Assembly (NCBI RefSeq): GCF_963921235.1
Contig: NC_086097.1
Span: 240,004,001 to 240,068,000 of the forward strand
Length of the DNA: 64,000 nt
Source: Mobula hypostoma
Taxonomy: Eukaryota
Direction of reading: 5' to 3'
Each line of letters begins with the position of its first letter. Within the stretch, counting starts at the first letter, position 1. This document shows positions 50,950-63,575 of the stretch, in pieces. The notes below the pieces were generated by a model. That model was given only the letters and a program-made list of their open reading frames with translations, had not been told where the DNA came from and did not search any database. Both the position numbers and the translations under genes were made by a program.

Positions 50950-51229
50950 AACTTCTTTACTTGCTCACATATTCAATCAAGCTGACCACATGTTCATATC
51001 TTTAACTCACAAATTCCAGTTTTATTCTCAGCCATTCTCTGGACCTTATCACATGCCTTCTTAATAGACTTTGATGGTATTTTGCATCCAGATATTTTTC
51101 ATTAATCTTATCGAACTAAAGTGCTATATTCCAGGTAAGAGCTCAAACCCTCAGGGATCTGTTCACACATAACTGGAGATTTTTTAGTAGGTATCAAGAC
51201 TTTGTCCATTACCTTAAATCAATTTTTTT

Positions 51230-51540
51230 TAGATTATGAGGACGCGCAGTCCTCTTTTATTGTCATTTAGTAATGCATGCATTAAGGAATGATGCAATGT
51301 TTTTCCAGAATGATGCACATGACAAACAGACTGAAAAACTGACAAAAACCACATAATTATAACATATAATTACAACAGTGCAAAGCAATACCGTAATTTG
51401 CTAATAACAGACCACGGGCATGGTAAAAGTCTCAAAGTCTCTCGAAAGTCCCATCATCTCACGCAGACGGTGAACCTCCAGCGCCGCAAACTTGCCGATG
51501 CAGCATCCTGGAAGCATCCGACCACAGTCCAACTCTGAAA
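51230..51540 (-). mobile_element. 3' half of the ~660-bp non-autonomous retroposon, copy 3
   Basis: Homologous to 18690-19050 and 27278-27645. Confidence 0.8.
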
Positions 51541-52439
51541 CAGTTAATTTGTACATATTTTTTATCGCATGGATTGATTGGAATATTGTTGGCTTACAAC
51601 TGTGATATTGCTTTAGGATTGCAATTGAAACTTTGTGGGATTGTATAGGACTGCGGTCGAAATCATATTGGATTGCAATCGAAATGTTATAGAATTGCAG
51701 TTATGGTCCTTCCTGATGAATGCTGCCTTCTTGAGGCACAGTCTTTTGAAAATGGTGGCGATGTGGCGCTGGCGGAGTCTACAACTCTGCATCGTTTTTC
51801 GATCCTATGCATTGGAGCTGCTATTGGATCTTAGACCCTCTCCAACTGCTCATCCACACGCTGCCCCTTAGCACCATTATCCAAACATACAACGCAGGAT
51901 ACATGTGTTCTGCTGTCAACACACAGCTCCAGGAATACTCCGCACTCCCTGATTCCCCAAGCAAATTGCTCAATATCTCAAACCAATGCAAGTTTCCTCT
52001 AATAAATGGGAAGGAAATCAAAGCAATTCACTTTTTACTACAATACGTCTGCAGCAAATGCAATCTCGCTGGCTTTCCACACTACTCTGGACTACCTAAA
52101 TAACCAGTGTTAAATGGTCAGTACATTATCAGGGGTCAAAGGGATTGTACTGTGCTGCACTGTTCTGAGCTCTAAACATCTTTCCTCCCTGCCAAAACTC
52201 CATTACAGCTAACTCTATTCTCCCTGGCTACTGAGTGAGGTTAACCTAAAGTATTCACAAAGTTAGATATAATTTGAAGTTGAGATAAACTTGCAACTTG
52301 GAATTTTATTTCATTCAAATATTCCCTTTGGTTATACAAACAGAATAAGGTATTCAATTCCCATGCTCTAATCTACAGTTATAGGAAGCAATATCATTGT
52401 AACAACACCCAGTGGAAAGAACTGTGAAGGCATGATCAA

Positions 52440-52695
52440 ACAAAATAATCTGCAGATGATGGGGTCAAAGCAACACTCACAACACGCTGGAGAAATTCAG
52501 CAGGTCAGGTAGCATCCGTGGAAAAGATCAGTCGATGTTTCAGGCCGGAACCCTTCTCACCCTTCCCCCACCTTCTTTTCATAGGGCCTCTGCCCCTTCC
52601 CTCTTCAGTCCTGACGAAGGGTTCTGGCCCTAAACGTCGACTGATCTTTTCCACGGATGCTGCCCGACCTGCTGAGTTCCTCCAGCGTGTTGTGA
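52440..52695. mobile_element. PLE terminal insertion with inverted arms
   Basis: 16-bp TSD GTGAAGGCATGATCAA at 52424-52439 / 52696-52711; hammerhead variant at 52605-52644 (GAAA changed to TAAA). Confidence 0.85.
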
Positions 52696-53071
52696 GTGAA
52701 GGCATGATCAAGAAAGGCAGAAGAGCAGGATTTAAGTTGGTGAACTGGACCATATTCCAGGATCCATCAACAGATATGAATGAATGCCACAGTCATCTCA
52801 GACTTCATCAAGACCCACATAGATGATTGTGCGTCCTCAAAAACATATCATAATTGAAATATATCAGGTTTTTCAGAGGCAGAGTCCTAGATGTATCAGA
52901 GTCTTCTGAGGGCTAGATATGTGGTGCACATGACTGGACATCTTCAAGGTCCAAATATGTTCTCTGGAAAGCTGTACAGAGCTATCTAAAAAAACTGATA
53001 GGACAATTTCCAATGAAACTGGAAACACAAATGGATGCTCAGCCAATGTGCAAGGGCTTGCGTGCCATTAA

Positions 53072-53540
53072 GGTTCAAAATAAATTTGTTATCGAAGTCC
53101 ACTCGCACACATATATCACCCTGAGATTAGTTTTCTTGTGGACATACTCATTAAATCCAGTACCATAATAGAATCAATAAAAGACCACATCCAACAGGAT
53201 GGACAAACAATCAATGTGCAAAAGACACACACTGTGCAAATACAAAAGAAAATAAATAAGAAATATCAAGAACATGAGATGAAGAGTCCTTGAAAGTGAG
53301 TCCATTGGTTGAGGGAATATTTCAAAGATGGGGCATGTGAAGTTAAGTGAAATTAATCCTCTTTTGTTCAAGAACCTGATAGTTGAAGGGTAGTAACTGT
53401 TCCTGAACCTGGTAGTGTGAATCTTATGGCTCCTGTAATTTCTTCCTGATGGTAGCAGCAAGAAGAGAGCATGGCCTGGGTGGTGGAGGTCCTTGATGAT
53501 GAATACTGCTTTCTTGTGATAGCACGCTGTTGCAAAGTAC
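53072..53540 (-). mobile_element. Rex1-type LINE 3' fragment
   Basis: ORF 53174..53548 HHPGHALFLLLPSGR...RFRNSYYPSTIR. Confidence 0.8.
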
Positions 53541-53545
53541 GTATA

Positions 53546-53980
53546 CACACAGTGGCCACTTTATTGGGTAGCTCAAACATGAGGAATTCTGCAGATGCTG
53601 GAAATTCAAGCAACACATCAAAGTTGTTGGTGAATGCAGCAGGCCAGGCAGCATCTCTAGGAAGAGGTACAGTCGACATTTCAGGCCGAGACCCTTCGTC
53701 AGGACTAACTGAAGAAAGAGCTAGTAAGAGATATAAAAGTAGGAGGGGGAGGGGCAGATCCAAAATGATAGGAGAAGAGTCTTCTCCTAATAACATATAA
53801 TATGTTATAATTATGTGGTTTTTGTCAGTTTTAGTCTTGGTCTGTCTTGTGTTTCTGTGATATCATTCTGGAGGAACATTGTATTATTTCTTAATGCATG
53901 CATTACTAAATGACAATAAACGAGGACTGAATGTCCTCATAATCTAATTAAATCTAATCTAATAAACTGGCTATTGAGTG
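53546..53980. mobile_element. Tc1-derived MITE containing a PLE fragment (53575-53777, minus) and a retroposon 3' piece (~53790-53960, plus)
   Basis: TA-CACACAGTGGCCACTTTATT ... AATAAACTGGCTATTGAGTG-TA; same TIR family as 28440-29601. Confidence 0.65.
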
Positions 53981-54129
53981 TATCACAAAGGGTCTCAGCT
54001 ATTTATTCATTTCCATAGGTGCTGCCTGACCTGCTGAGATCCTCTAGCATTTTGTGTGTGTTGCACTAAATGTGTGCCACCATATGCTATCCTGAGCTTA
54101 GTTCTCTTGTAGTCATTCACAGTAGAACA

Positions 54130-55800
54130 TCAGTCCCTGATGAGCTTTGTGCCTTTTATACCTGCTTTGAGAAGGAGGATAATGTTAGTCTTCATAACAC
54201 CCAATGACTATGATCACAGTATTTGAAACGAACGTAAGAATATCCTTCGTGGGTGGGGATGAACCCTCACAAGGTGTCGGATTCCGGTGGTATAGCCAAT
54301 CTACTGCTAAAAGCCCACACTGACCAAATGGCTGGAGTGCTCAGAGACATCTCCATCCTTTCGCTTCTGTAGTCTGAGATTCCCACCTGCTTCAAGGTTG
54401 CATCAATCGTACTAATGCCCAAGAAGAGCGGAAGTACTTTCATTGATCATAATGAAGTGCTTCACGAGGCCGGAATCAGCTGAATCAACTTTTGCCTCAG
54501 TGGGGGCTTGGATCTGCCTGAATTCACCTACTGCCGCAATGGGTCTGCAGTAGATGCAATCTCATTCGCTCTCCACACCGCGCTGGACTATCTAGACAAC
54601 CAGCACATGTGTGTCAGGCTGTTCATCATCAGCAGCTCAGCATTCAACACCATTATCTCCTCAAAATATATCAACAAAGTTTAAAGTAAATTTATTATCT
54701 AAGTGCATTTATGTCACCACATATAACCCTGAGATTTATTTTCTTGCAGGCATACTCAATAACTCCAATAACCATAATAGAATCAATGAAAGACCACACC
54801 AATAGAGTGGACAACCAGTGTGAAAAAGACAACAAACTTTGCAAATAGAATAAGAACAAAAAAGAAATAATAAATAAATAAGCAATACATATCAATAAAA
54901 TAAAATGGAGTCCTTATAAGTGACTCCATAGTTTTTGGGGCAAGGGAAGTTGAGTGGTCAACTGTGGCCTGTAGTCAAGTAGTGGTCAACTGTGGCCTGT
55001 AGTCAAGTAGTGGTCAACTGTGGCCTTTGGTCAAGAGCCTGCTGGTTGAGGGGTAGTAACTGTTACTGCACCTCGTGGTGTGAGTTCTGAGGCTTCTGTA
55101 CCTTCTTCCTAATGACATCAGCAAGTAGAGAGCATGACGTGGGTGGTGGGGGTCCCTGATGATGGATGCTGCTTTCCTGCAACAACATTCTGTGTAGATG
55201 TGCTCAATGGTGGGGAGGGCTTTACTCATGATTGACTGAGCCGTCCAACAACAGGGCTCCAAGACCTGTGCCTCGTACATCACTTTGCAAGTGGACACTT
55301 GACTTCCTGACTGGACACCGCAGTTAGTACACCTCATCTCCTCACTAACCGTGAATACAGGTGTATCCCAGGGCTATCTGCTTCTCTGCTCTCTCTGTAC
55401 CTATGTCTGTATGGCTAAGTATAACTTGAATATCATCTGAAAATAAGCCAATGACACCATTTTTGTTGGCAAAATCATAGATAGTGACACAGAGTAGTAC
55501 AGGAGCGAGATAAATCAGCTGGTTGAGTGCTGTCACAACATCCACCTTGTATTCAATGTCAGCAAAACCAAGGAATTGATTGTGGACTTTCAGAAAAGTA
55601 AGTCAGGTGAACAAATATCAGTCCTTATTGAAAGGTCTGCAGTGGAAAGTGAGGTCAGCTTCAAGTTTTGTTGTGTCAACATCTTGGAGGTTCTATCCTG
55701 GTCTCAGCATGGAGACGCAACCGTGAAGAAGGCACATCAGAATCTCTACTTAATAATTTAAGGAGATTTGGCACGTCACCAAAACTCTGACAAATTTTGA
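54130..55800 (+). mobile_element. Decayed Rex1-type RT fragments, interrupted by an antisense Rex1 3' fragment (~54680-55240)
   Basis: MKCF..., HTALDYL and SSAFNTI remnants; VKKAHQNLY (55576..55761); minus ORF 55014..55337. Confidence 0.7.
54953..55035. repeat. 28-bp tandem repeat, about 3 copies
   Basis: AGTGGTCAACTGTGGCCTGTAGTCAAGT at 54953 and 54981, variant at 55009. Confidence 0.9.
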
Positions 55801-56529
55801 TATCCCCCCTACACTTTCTGCCAATCACCTTAAAATCATGCCTCTTTGTATTAGCTGCCTCAGCCCTGGGGAAAAAGTCTGTGGTTATCCACTCTAGTTA
55901 TGCCTCTTGTAACCTTGTGCAAGTCTATCAAGTCTTATGCTATTCTTCTCTCCAAAGAGAAAAGCCCTAACTATCCACTTGATCTATGCCTCTTGTTATG
56001 TATCTTATATCAAAATAGTGACCATAAAGCATTTTGGGATGCAAGTCCCTCAAAAGAACATACTCTTGATGCTGAAGTCTGAAGTGAAAATGAAACTTTG
56101 TGGAAGTTCTCCAGAGGTGAGAAAGCATCTGTAGAAAAAGAAACTGAGCCAAAGATTCAGGTCAGCATTTCATTAGGATGGAAGACCATTGGCTTAAAGT
56201 TCATTTCCAGTCAGTTATGCTAAATGTGCAGGTGGTCGAAACACTGTTATATAATGTATTCAATATTCATGAATCATGGGAATGAGTTCCAGAGACAGTA
56301 TATAATGTGCCAACACAACAGCTCAGCACATTGAACTCCACTAACCGAAGATGAACTTTCATGCAGAGAGATCACCAGGCTTGAAACTCAAAGTTTCTTT
56401 TTCTCTCCATGGATGTTAGGTTACCCTTGTAGTTTTAATTTAAAGAAAGCTTCTTTTCTCTCTGTCGTTGGCACCATGGTGGGTTTTACAGGAGCCTGAA
56501 TGCCCACACTCTGCCTTAAAAATGCTGAG

Positions 56530-57075
56530 GCTTACTGAGGCATTAGTCAGACCATACTTGGAGTATTGTGAGCTCTATTCTAAGAAAGGATTACTGGCAC
56601 TGTAGAAGGTTCAGAGGAGTTTCATGAGATTGATTCCGGGATTGAAAAGGTTAACAAATGAGGAGCGGTTGATGGCACTGAGGCTGTGCTCACTTGAGGA
56701 TAGAAGAATGAGGAGGAGATCTCATTGAAATCTATCGAACATTGAAAGCCTAAGATAGAGTGGACACGGAGAGGGTATTTCCAATAGAGGGGGAGTCTAG
56801 GACCAGAGAGCATCGAGTCAGAATAGAAGGACATCTCTTAACAGCAGGTATGAGAGGGAATTTCTTTAGCCAGAGGTTGATGAATCTGTGGAGGACAAGT
56901 TATTGGGTACACTTAAAGTGGAGGTTGATAGATTCTTGATTAGTATGGGAGTGAAAGGTTACAGGGAGAAGGCTGGAGAATGGGGTCAAGAGCGAAAATA
57001 AATCAACCATGATGGAATTACAGAGCAGACTCAATGAGCCAAATGGCATCATTCTGTTCCGATATCTTATGGTGT
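56530..57075 (+). mobile_element. CR1 3' fragment, decayed
   Basis: LVRPYLEYC remnant; tcttatggtgttacggtc tail. Confidence 0.75.
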
Positions 57076-57437
57076 TACGGTCACTCTCAATGCTTTAGGA
57101 ACAGTGCCTTCCCCTTTGCCATCAGATTTCTGGACTTACCATGAAACTAAGAACAGTACCTCATAACCATGAACAATACCTCATTATTTATGTTTTGCAC
57201 CATTTGTTGATATTTGTAACCTATACTAGTTTTTAAGCCTTGCTCTGTGCTGATTTCAAGTCATATGTCACCGATAATAAACCTGATTCATATTCTGTTT
57301 TTTTCTCTGCCAATAAAATCAGAATATAAATCTGTCAATAACAATTAATTGTCAATAATAAGACCATAAGATATAGGAGCAAAATTAGGCCATTTGGCGC
57401 ATAGAGTCTGCTCTTCTAGTTCATCATGGCTGATCCA

Positions 57438-59891
57438 GCTATGGGCAGTGTCATGATAATCATTGGGGATTTTAACGTGAAAGTGGGTTGGGAAAACTAG
57501 GCTAGCACTGGATCTCAAGAGAGAGAATTTGCAGAATGTCTAAGGGATGGCTTTTTAGAACAGCTTGTTGTTGAGCCCACAAAGGGACTGGCTGTGCTGG
57601 ATTGGGTGCTGTGCAATGATTCGGAGCTGATAAGAGAGATTAAAGTTAAGGAACCCTTAGGGAACAGTGATCACAATATGATCAAGGTCACTTTGAAACT
57701 TGAGAAGGAGAAACAGAATTCCAGTATGTCGGTATTTCAGTGGAATAAAGCAAATTACAATGGCATGAGAGGGGAACTGGCCAAAATTGACTGGAAAGAG
57801 ACACTAGCAGGAAGAACAGCAGAGCAGCAATGGCTGAAGTTTCTGTGAAAAAGTGAGGAAAGTGCAAGACAGATATATTCCAAACAAGAAGAAATATTTG
57901 AATGGAAGAAGGACATTACCTTGGCTGACAAGTGAAGTCAGAGCCAAAGTACAAGCAAATGAGAGGGAGAACAAGGAATCCAAAGCTCGTGGGAAGATAA
58001 AGGATTGGGGAGCTTTTAAAAACTTGCAGAAGGAAACTAAGAAGGTCATCAGGAAGAAAAAGATGTATTATGAAAGGAGGCTGGCAAGTAATATCAAAGA
58101 AGATACTGAAATCTTTTTTAGGTATATAAAGGGTAAAAGAGAGTTGAGGGTAGACATAGGACCAATAGAAAATGATGCTGGAGGTATTGCAAAGACAGAC
58201 GAGAGATGGCAGAGGAACTGAATGCGTATTTTGCATCAGTCTTCATAGTGGAAGACATCTGCAATATACCGGACATTCAATAGTGTCAGGGAAGTGAAAT
58301 TTAAGCAGTGAAAATTACGACTGAGAAGGTGCTCAGGAAGCTTAATGGTCTGAGGGTGTATAAATCTCCTGGACCTGATGGAATGCGCCCTTGGGTTCTG
58401 AAGGAAGTAGCTGGAGAGATTGCGGAGGCATTAACAATGATCTTTCGAGAATCAATTCATTCTGACATTGTATCGGATGATGGGAAAGTTGCAAATGTTA
58501 ATCCACTACTTAAGTAAGGGTAGGAGGCAGCAGAAAGGAACCTATCAGCCTGATATCAGTGGTTGGGAGGTTGTTGGAATCGATTGTTAGGGTTGAGATT
58601 TCAGAATACCTGGAGGCACATGACCAAAGATAGCCCAAAGCCAGTATAGTTTCCTGAAAGGAAAATCCTGCCTGACTAATCTACTGCAATTTTTTGAGGA
58701 AATTACAAGCAGGGTAGACAAAGGAGATGCCGTACATGTAGTGTACTTGCTTTGTCAGAAGGCTTTTGACAAGGTACCACACATGAGGCTGCTTAGGGGA
58801 GCTACTAGCATGGGCGAAGCATTGGCTGATCGGCAGAAAACAGAGAGTGGCAATAAAGGGATCTTATTCTGATTGGCTGCCGGTTACCAGTGGAGTTCCA
58901 CAGGGGTTGGTGTTGGGACCGCTGCTTTTTACGATGTATGTCAATGATTTGGACTACAGTATTAATGGATTTGTGGCTAAGTTTGCTAATGACACAAAGA
59001 TAGGTGGAGGAGCGTGTAGTGTTGAGGAAACAGAGAGTCTGCAGAAAGACTTAGATAGTTTAGGGGAATGGGAAAAGAAGTGGCAAATGAAATACAATGT
59101 TGGAAAGTGTATGGTCATGCACTTTGGTGGAAGAAATAAACGGGCAGACTATTATTTAGATGGGGAGTGAATTCAAAATGCAGAGATGCAAAGGGACTTG
59201 GGAGTCCTTGTGCGAGATACCCTAAAGGTTAACCTCCAGATTGAGGCAGTGGTGAAGAAGGCGAATGCAATGTTGGCATTCATTTCTAGAGGTATAGAAT
59301 ATAGGAGCGGGGATAATGGCACTCGTGAGATCACACGGAGTATTGTGTGCAGTTTTGAGCTCCTTATTTTAGAAAGGATATACTAACATTGGAGAGGATT
59401 CAGAGAAGGTTCATGAGAATGGTTCCAGGAATGAAAGGGTTACTGTATGAGGCATGTCGGGCAGCTATTGGGCTGTATTCACTGGAGTTCAGGAGAACAA
59501 GGGAGGATCTCATAGAAACATTCCGAATGTTAAAAGGCCTGAACAGATTAGATATGGCAAAGTTATTTCTCATGGTAGGGGAGTCTAGGACAAGAGGGCA
59601 CAACTTCAGGATTGAAGGGCGTCCATTTACAACAGAGATGCAGAGAAATTACTTTAGTCAGAGGGTGGTAAATCTGCGGAACTTCTTGCCATGAGCGGCT
59701 GTGGAGGCCAAGCCATTGGGTACATTTAAAGCAGAGATAGATATGTTTTTGATTAGCCAGGGCATTAAAGGGTATGGGGAGAAGGCAGGGGAGTGGGGTT
59801 GACTGGAAGAATTGGATCAACCCATGATTGAATGGCAGAGCAGACTTGATGAGCCAAATGGCCTAGTTCTGCTCCTGTCTCTTGCGGTCTT
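57438..59891 (+). mobile_element. CR1 ORF2 (endonuclease C-terminal part + RT + 3' UTR) inserted into an antisense CR1 3' end (57360-57437 and 59892-60140)
   Basis: ORFs 57594-59694; ATCCA duplicated at 57433-57437 / 59892-59896. Confidence 0.88.
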
Positions 59892-60879
59892 ATCCATTTT
59901 ACCCTCTCATCGCAAATCTCCTGCCTTCTCCCCATATCCCTTTATGACCTGACTAATCAAGAATCTGTCAACTTCTGCCTGAGATATTCCCAAAGACTTG
60001 GCCTCCACTTGGCAACAAATTCCACAGAAATACCATTCTCCTCATCTCTGTTCCAAAAGGACATCCATCTATTGTGAGGCTGTGGCTTCTGGTCTTAGAT
60101 GTCCCACCAAAGGAAACATCTTCTCCAAATCCACTCTAATATCTCCCATAAACTTAAATACAATGGAAAATGGATAAAATAGGAAGTAGAAAAGTGAGGG
60201 TACTCAAGGCATGACATTGTTTAGAAAGTTGTATTAGTGGAGTCCATGAGTAATATTGATTTATACTCTGGTTGGTTATGGTGTATTAACTACAGTTGCT
60301 TGATATGAAATGAACATTTTTTTACTGGTGCTTTCTCCCCCTTCTTACTGAATATACTTTCATGACAAATCTGTGGTGAATTCTGCTAGCAGTGCCACTG
60401 AAATCCTCATTTTTCTTTGTGGACTGACACTTGATCATTTTACAGACCATAAAGATGCTGGTGGCCCTCTGTGGGGATTATCAAATACTGTCAAAAGGAT
60501 ACATGTTTTCTCACCTATGATCACTTGCCTCATTTTAGAGTAATTTGTAAGTGTAGTTGTAAAGACAGCCTCATTTTTCTTCCCTGCAGAGAAATCTTCC
60601 ATTTCATAGTTCAAGAATTTCTTTATCCTTGCATCACAGTAGCCTGCATTAATATCACACAGTTGAGTTAACAGCATTAGAATCTAAACAGTGCAAATAT
60701 ACTTGACAGTATTCAATCCCGGGATAGATACCATAGCCATCTAAAGTTCTATTCTGTAACTTTATAAATAACATATCCTGTATGCATAGCAAGTATCTTC
60801 ATAGAGTCATAGTCACAGAAACAGGCCCTTTGTTCCACCTAGTCCACGCTGAAAAATTGAAAGTGATTCAAATGACTCA

Positions 60880-61145
60880 TGTGGCATGGTAGCCTAGTGG
60901 TTACCACAACACCTTACAGTACAGGAGAAGCAGGTTCAATTCCCGCCGCTGCCTGTAAGGAGTTTGTATGTTCTCCCTATGACTGCGTGGGTTTCCTCTG
61001 AAGATATCCAAAGACATACCAATTGGTAGGATAATTGGTCATTGCAAATTGTCCTGTGATTAAGCAAGGATTAAATCTGGGGTTACTGGCAGTGCGACTC
61101 GAAGGGTTGGAAGGGCCTATTCCACGCTGTATCTCAATAAATAAA
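60880..61145 (+). mobile_element. V-SINE (HE1-like)
   Basis: tRNA-like head with A-box-like TAGCCTAGTGG and B-box GGTTCAATTCC; V-domain gagtttgtatgttctccctatgactgcgtgggtttcc; (AATA)n tail. Confidence 0.75.
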
Positions 61146-61279
61146 TTTCATATTTTGACACTCCCATCTGCAAAAGCATTTTATAAATATTACAATCTAA
61201 TTTTAAAGCAAAATCACTTTCCATAATTGGAAAGGCACAATAGAGTAGTGGTTAGCGTAATGTAAGATCAGGGTTCAAT

Positions 61280-61800
61280 TCAAGTCAAGTTTATTGTCAT
61301 TTAACTACATACATGTATTTAACGTATATAGAAATGAGACAACATTTCTTCGAACCAGGGTGTAAAACTTGTGAAAGTAAGGATAAAATCTACAGATGAC
61401 TCACACATAAATAACAAACTAATTATTTACGTTAAATAGAGCAGATTAACTAGTTGCACAATGACTACGATGCGGCCGGGAGTTCAACAGCCTAATGGCC
61501 AGGGAGAAGTAACTGTTTCTCATCCTGACCATTCTTGTCTTTATGTATCGGAGTCTCCTTCCTGATGGTAGAAAGTCGACGATGCTGGATGGATGGCTGG
61601 GAACCTTAATAATACCAAGGGCTCTGTGTATGCAGCACTCCTGATAAATGTCTGTGATAGATGATAGGAACACCCCTATGATCCTCTCAGCTGTTCTTAC
61701 AGGAAATTCAGGTCCGATGCTCGACCGCTGCCATACCAGGTGGAGATGCAATTTGTCAGGATGCTCTCAGTGGTGCTCCTGTGAAATGCGGTTAAGATGG
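61280..61800 (-). mobile_element. Rex1-type LINE 3' fragment splitting a V-SINE (61236-61280 and 61825-61980)
   Basis: ILTAFHRSTTESILTNCISTWYG; LPSGRRLR...RNSYFSLAIRLLN. Confidence 0.75.
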
Positions 61801-62904
61801 GGGGAGGTGGGAGGCTTGCTTGGTGCTGCTGTCTACAGCGATTATGACATTGTGGGTTTTCTCCAGGTTCTCCGGTTCCCTCGCACATTCCAAATACATA
61901 CTGCTAGCGTTGATTAGTTGCAGGAATGCTACTTTGTTACCAGAAGCATGGCAACACTCGTGGGCTGCTCAGCCCAACCCTCGCAGATTTGATTTGGCGC
62001 AAATTACACATTTCACTATATGTTTCGATGTACATTCAAAGGATTCAAAGAACATGTATTATCAAAGTGTGTATGCAATATATAACCTTGAGGTTCATCT
62101 TCCCCACAAACAACCATGAAATAAAGAACCCGTTCAAGGGAAAACATCAACCGCACCCCCCCCATGCTCAACAAACAAATCAGCACAAACGGTAACAAGA
62201 AAGAATAAGCAAAGAAACACAGCATATAAAACACAAAATCGAAAGCGTCCATATTCAGTTCGGCTCACTGGACGTTATCTGCATGCCTCCCTGATTCAGA
62301 GTCACACAAAACAGCAACAAGGAAAGGAGCAACCAGCAGCACATCATAATGTGAAAGCCAGTCCAATCCACAAACCGCAGACCCAGAACTTCAATCCCAT
62401 CATCCAAGAGCGCCGAGGGAGAGAGAGACCACTGGAACACATGTGAACAAAGAAGCTAATCTTACAGGTAATCAGATCATTTAGCAATAATTATACTTCC
62501 TCCCTTTTTACCTTGCACATCTTATCTCCCTCCCATATTGTTCCTTTCTAGTGACTCACATCTTGTAACAGCAATACAATAAATCTTATATAATTTAGTT
62601 TACATTTCCACACTACTTTAATTCCCCTGATGTTCGCATTGCCTGATTTTTGTTGCCAAGAAGGCTTTTTTATTGAAATGGAAATTTTCTGATCTCTCAC
62701 CACTCCCATGAGACATAACCACTCTGAACTTGGAGGCTGGAACAGGAGGAATCTGCAGTTACTTCCATTAATAAGTTGTTTGCTCAAAGTTTCTCTGGAT
62801 TTTTAACCTCTTGTGGAGCTGCTTCATTTACAGCTGGAATAAATCTCGCAGGCATTTTCTTTCTGATGATGTGGAATTTCAGTCAATCTTTGCTAGAGCA
62901 GTGA

Positions 62905-63110
62905 TTAGTGTAACAATGGTACAATGGTAGAGATTCTGGTTCAATTCTGCCACTGTACATTTGTACGTTCTCCCCATAACCACGTGGGTTTCCTCCAAGT
63001 GCTCTGGTTCCCTCCCATACTCCAAAGACATACAAGTTGGTAGGTTAATTGATATCGTGGGTGTAATTGGGTAGTGTTGGGTTAGAGGGGCCTGCTACTC
63101 TGCTTGGACT
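62905..63110 (+). mobile_element. V-SINE (HE1-like), decayed
   Basis: GGTTCAATTC B-box; ttgtacgttctccccataaccacgtgggtttcctcc V-domain. Confidence 0.65.
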
Positions 63111-63124
63111 ATAGGGCATGTTTT

Positions 63125-63450
63125 ATGAAGGTAGATTGAGCAAGCAAGGTCTTTTTTCTCTGTTGTGAAGGAGCATGACAGCTGAGTTGATACAAGTGTA
63201 CAAGATGATAAGAGGCATAGATAGACCAGACAGCCAGCGACTTTTTCCAGGGTGGAAATGATTAGTACAGGGGGAATGATTTCAAGGTACATGGGGAAAT
63301 ATCCGAGGTATGTTTTTTTTTACATAGAGTGGTGGATATGTGGAACGCCCTGCAAGGGTGGTGATAGAGGCAGATACGTTAGGGACATTTAAGAATCTCT
63401 CAGGCAGGCACATTGATGATAGAAAAATTGAGGGTTATGTAAAAGGAAGT
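63125..63450 (+). mobile_element. CR1 3' fragment, decayed
   Basis: Terminal ORF2 remnant (VIEADTLGTFK). Confidence 0.65.
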
Positions 63451-63575
63451 TATGAAATTAATCTCACAGTAGAATCAGAATTAGGTTTAATATCATTGGC
63501 ATATGTCGTGAAATTTGTTGTTTAGCGACAGGTTAAAATTCGAAGTAAATTTATTATCTCAGTAGATACTGTATA

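Larger units (their letters stand above)
40592..51215 (-). mobile_element. Decayed endogenous retrovirus (possible gag, pol, env, PPT, 3' LTR) fragmented by five insertions; 5' LTR not found and upstream boundary uncertain
   Basis: Collinear minus-strand RT, RNase H, IN, env, PPT and LTR remnants (see sub-features). Confidence 0.85.

Noticed and set aside
49250..51215. Definite ERV gag and 5' LTR/PBS
   Set aside because: The non-PLE pieces (49250-49610, 50963-51215) are positionally gag-like, but no capsid or CCHC motif was recognisable, and no copy of the 3' LTR or a PBS was seen upstream
54953..55035. 28-bp direct repeats resembling a CRISPR array
   Set aside because: Units are contiguous with no spacers, there are no cas genes and the context is vertebrate; this is a local tandem duplication in a LINE tail
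60880..60945. tRNA gene
   Set aside because: A/B boxes belong to a SINE head followed by a V-domain; no complete cloverleaf
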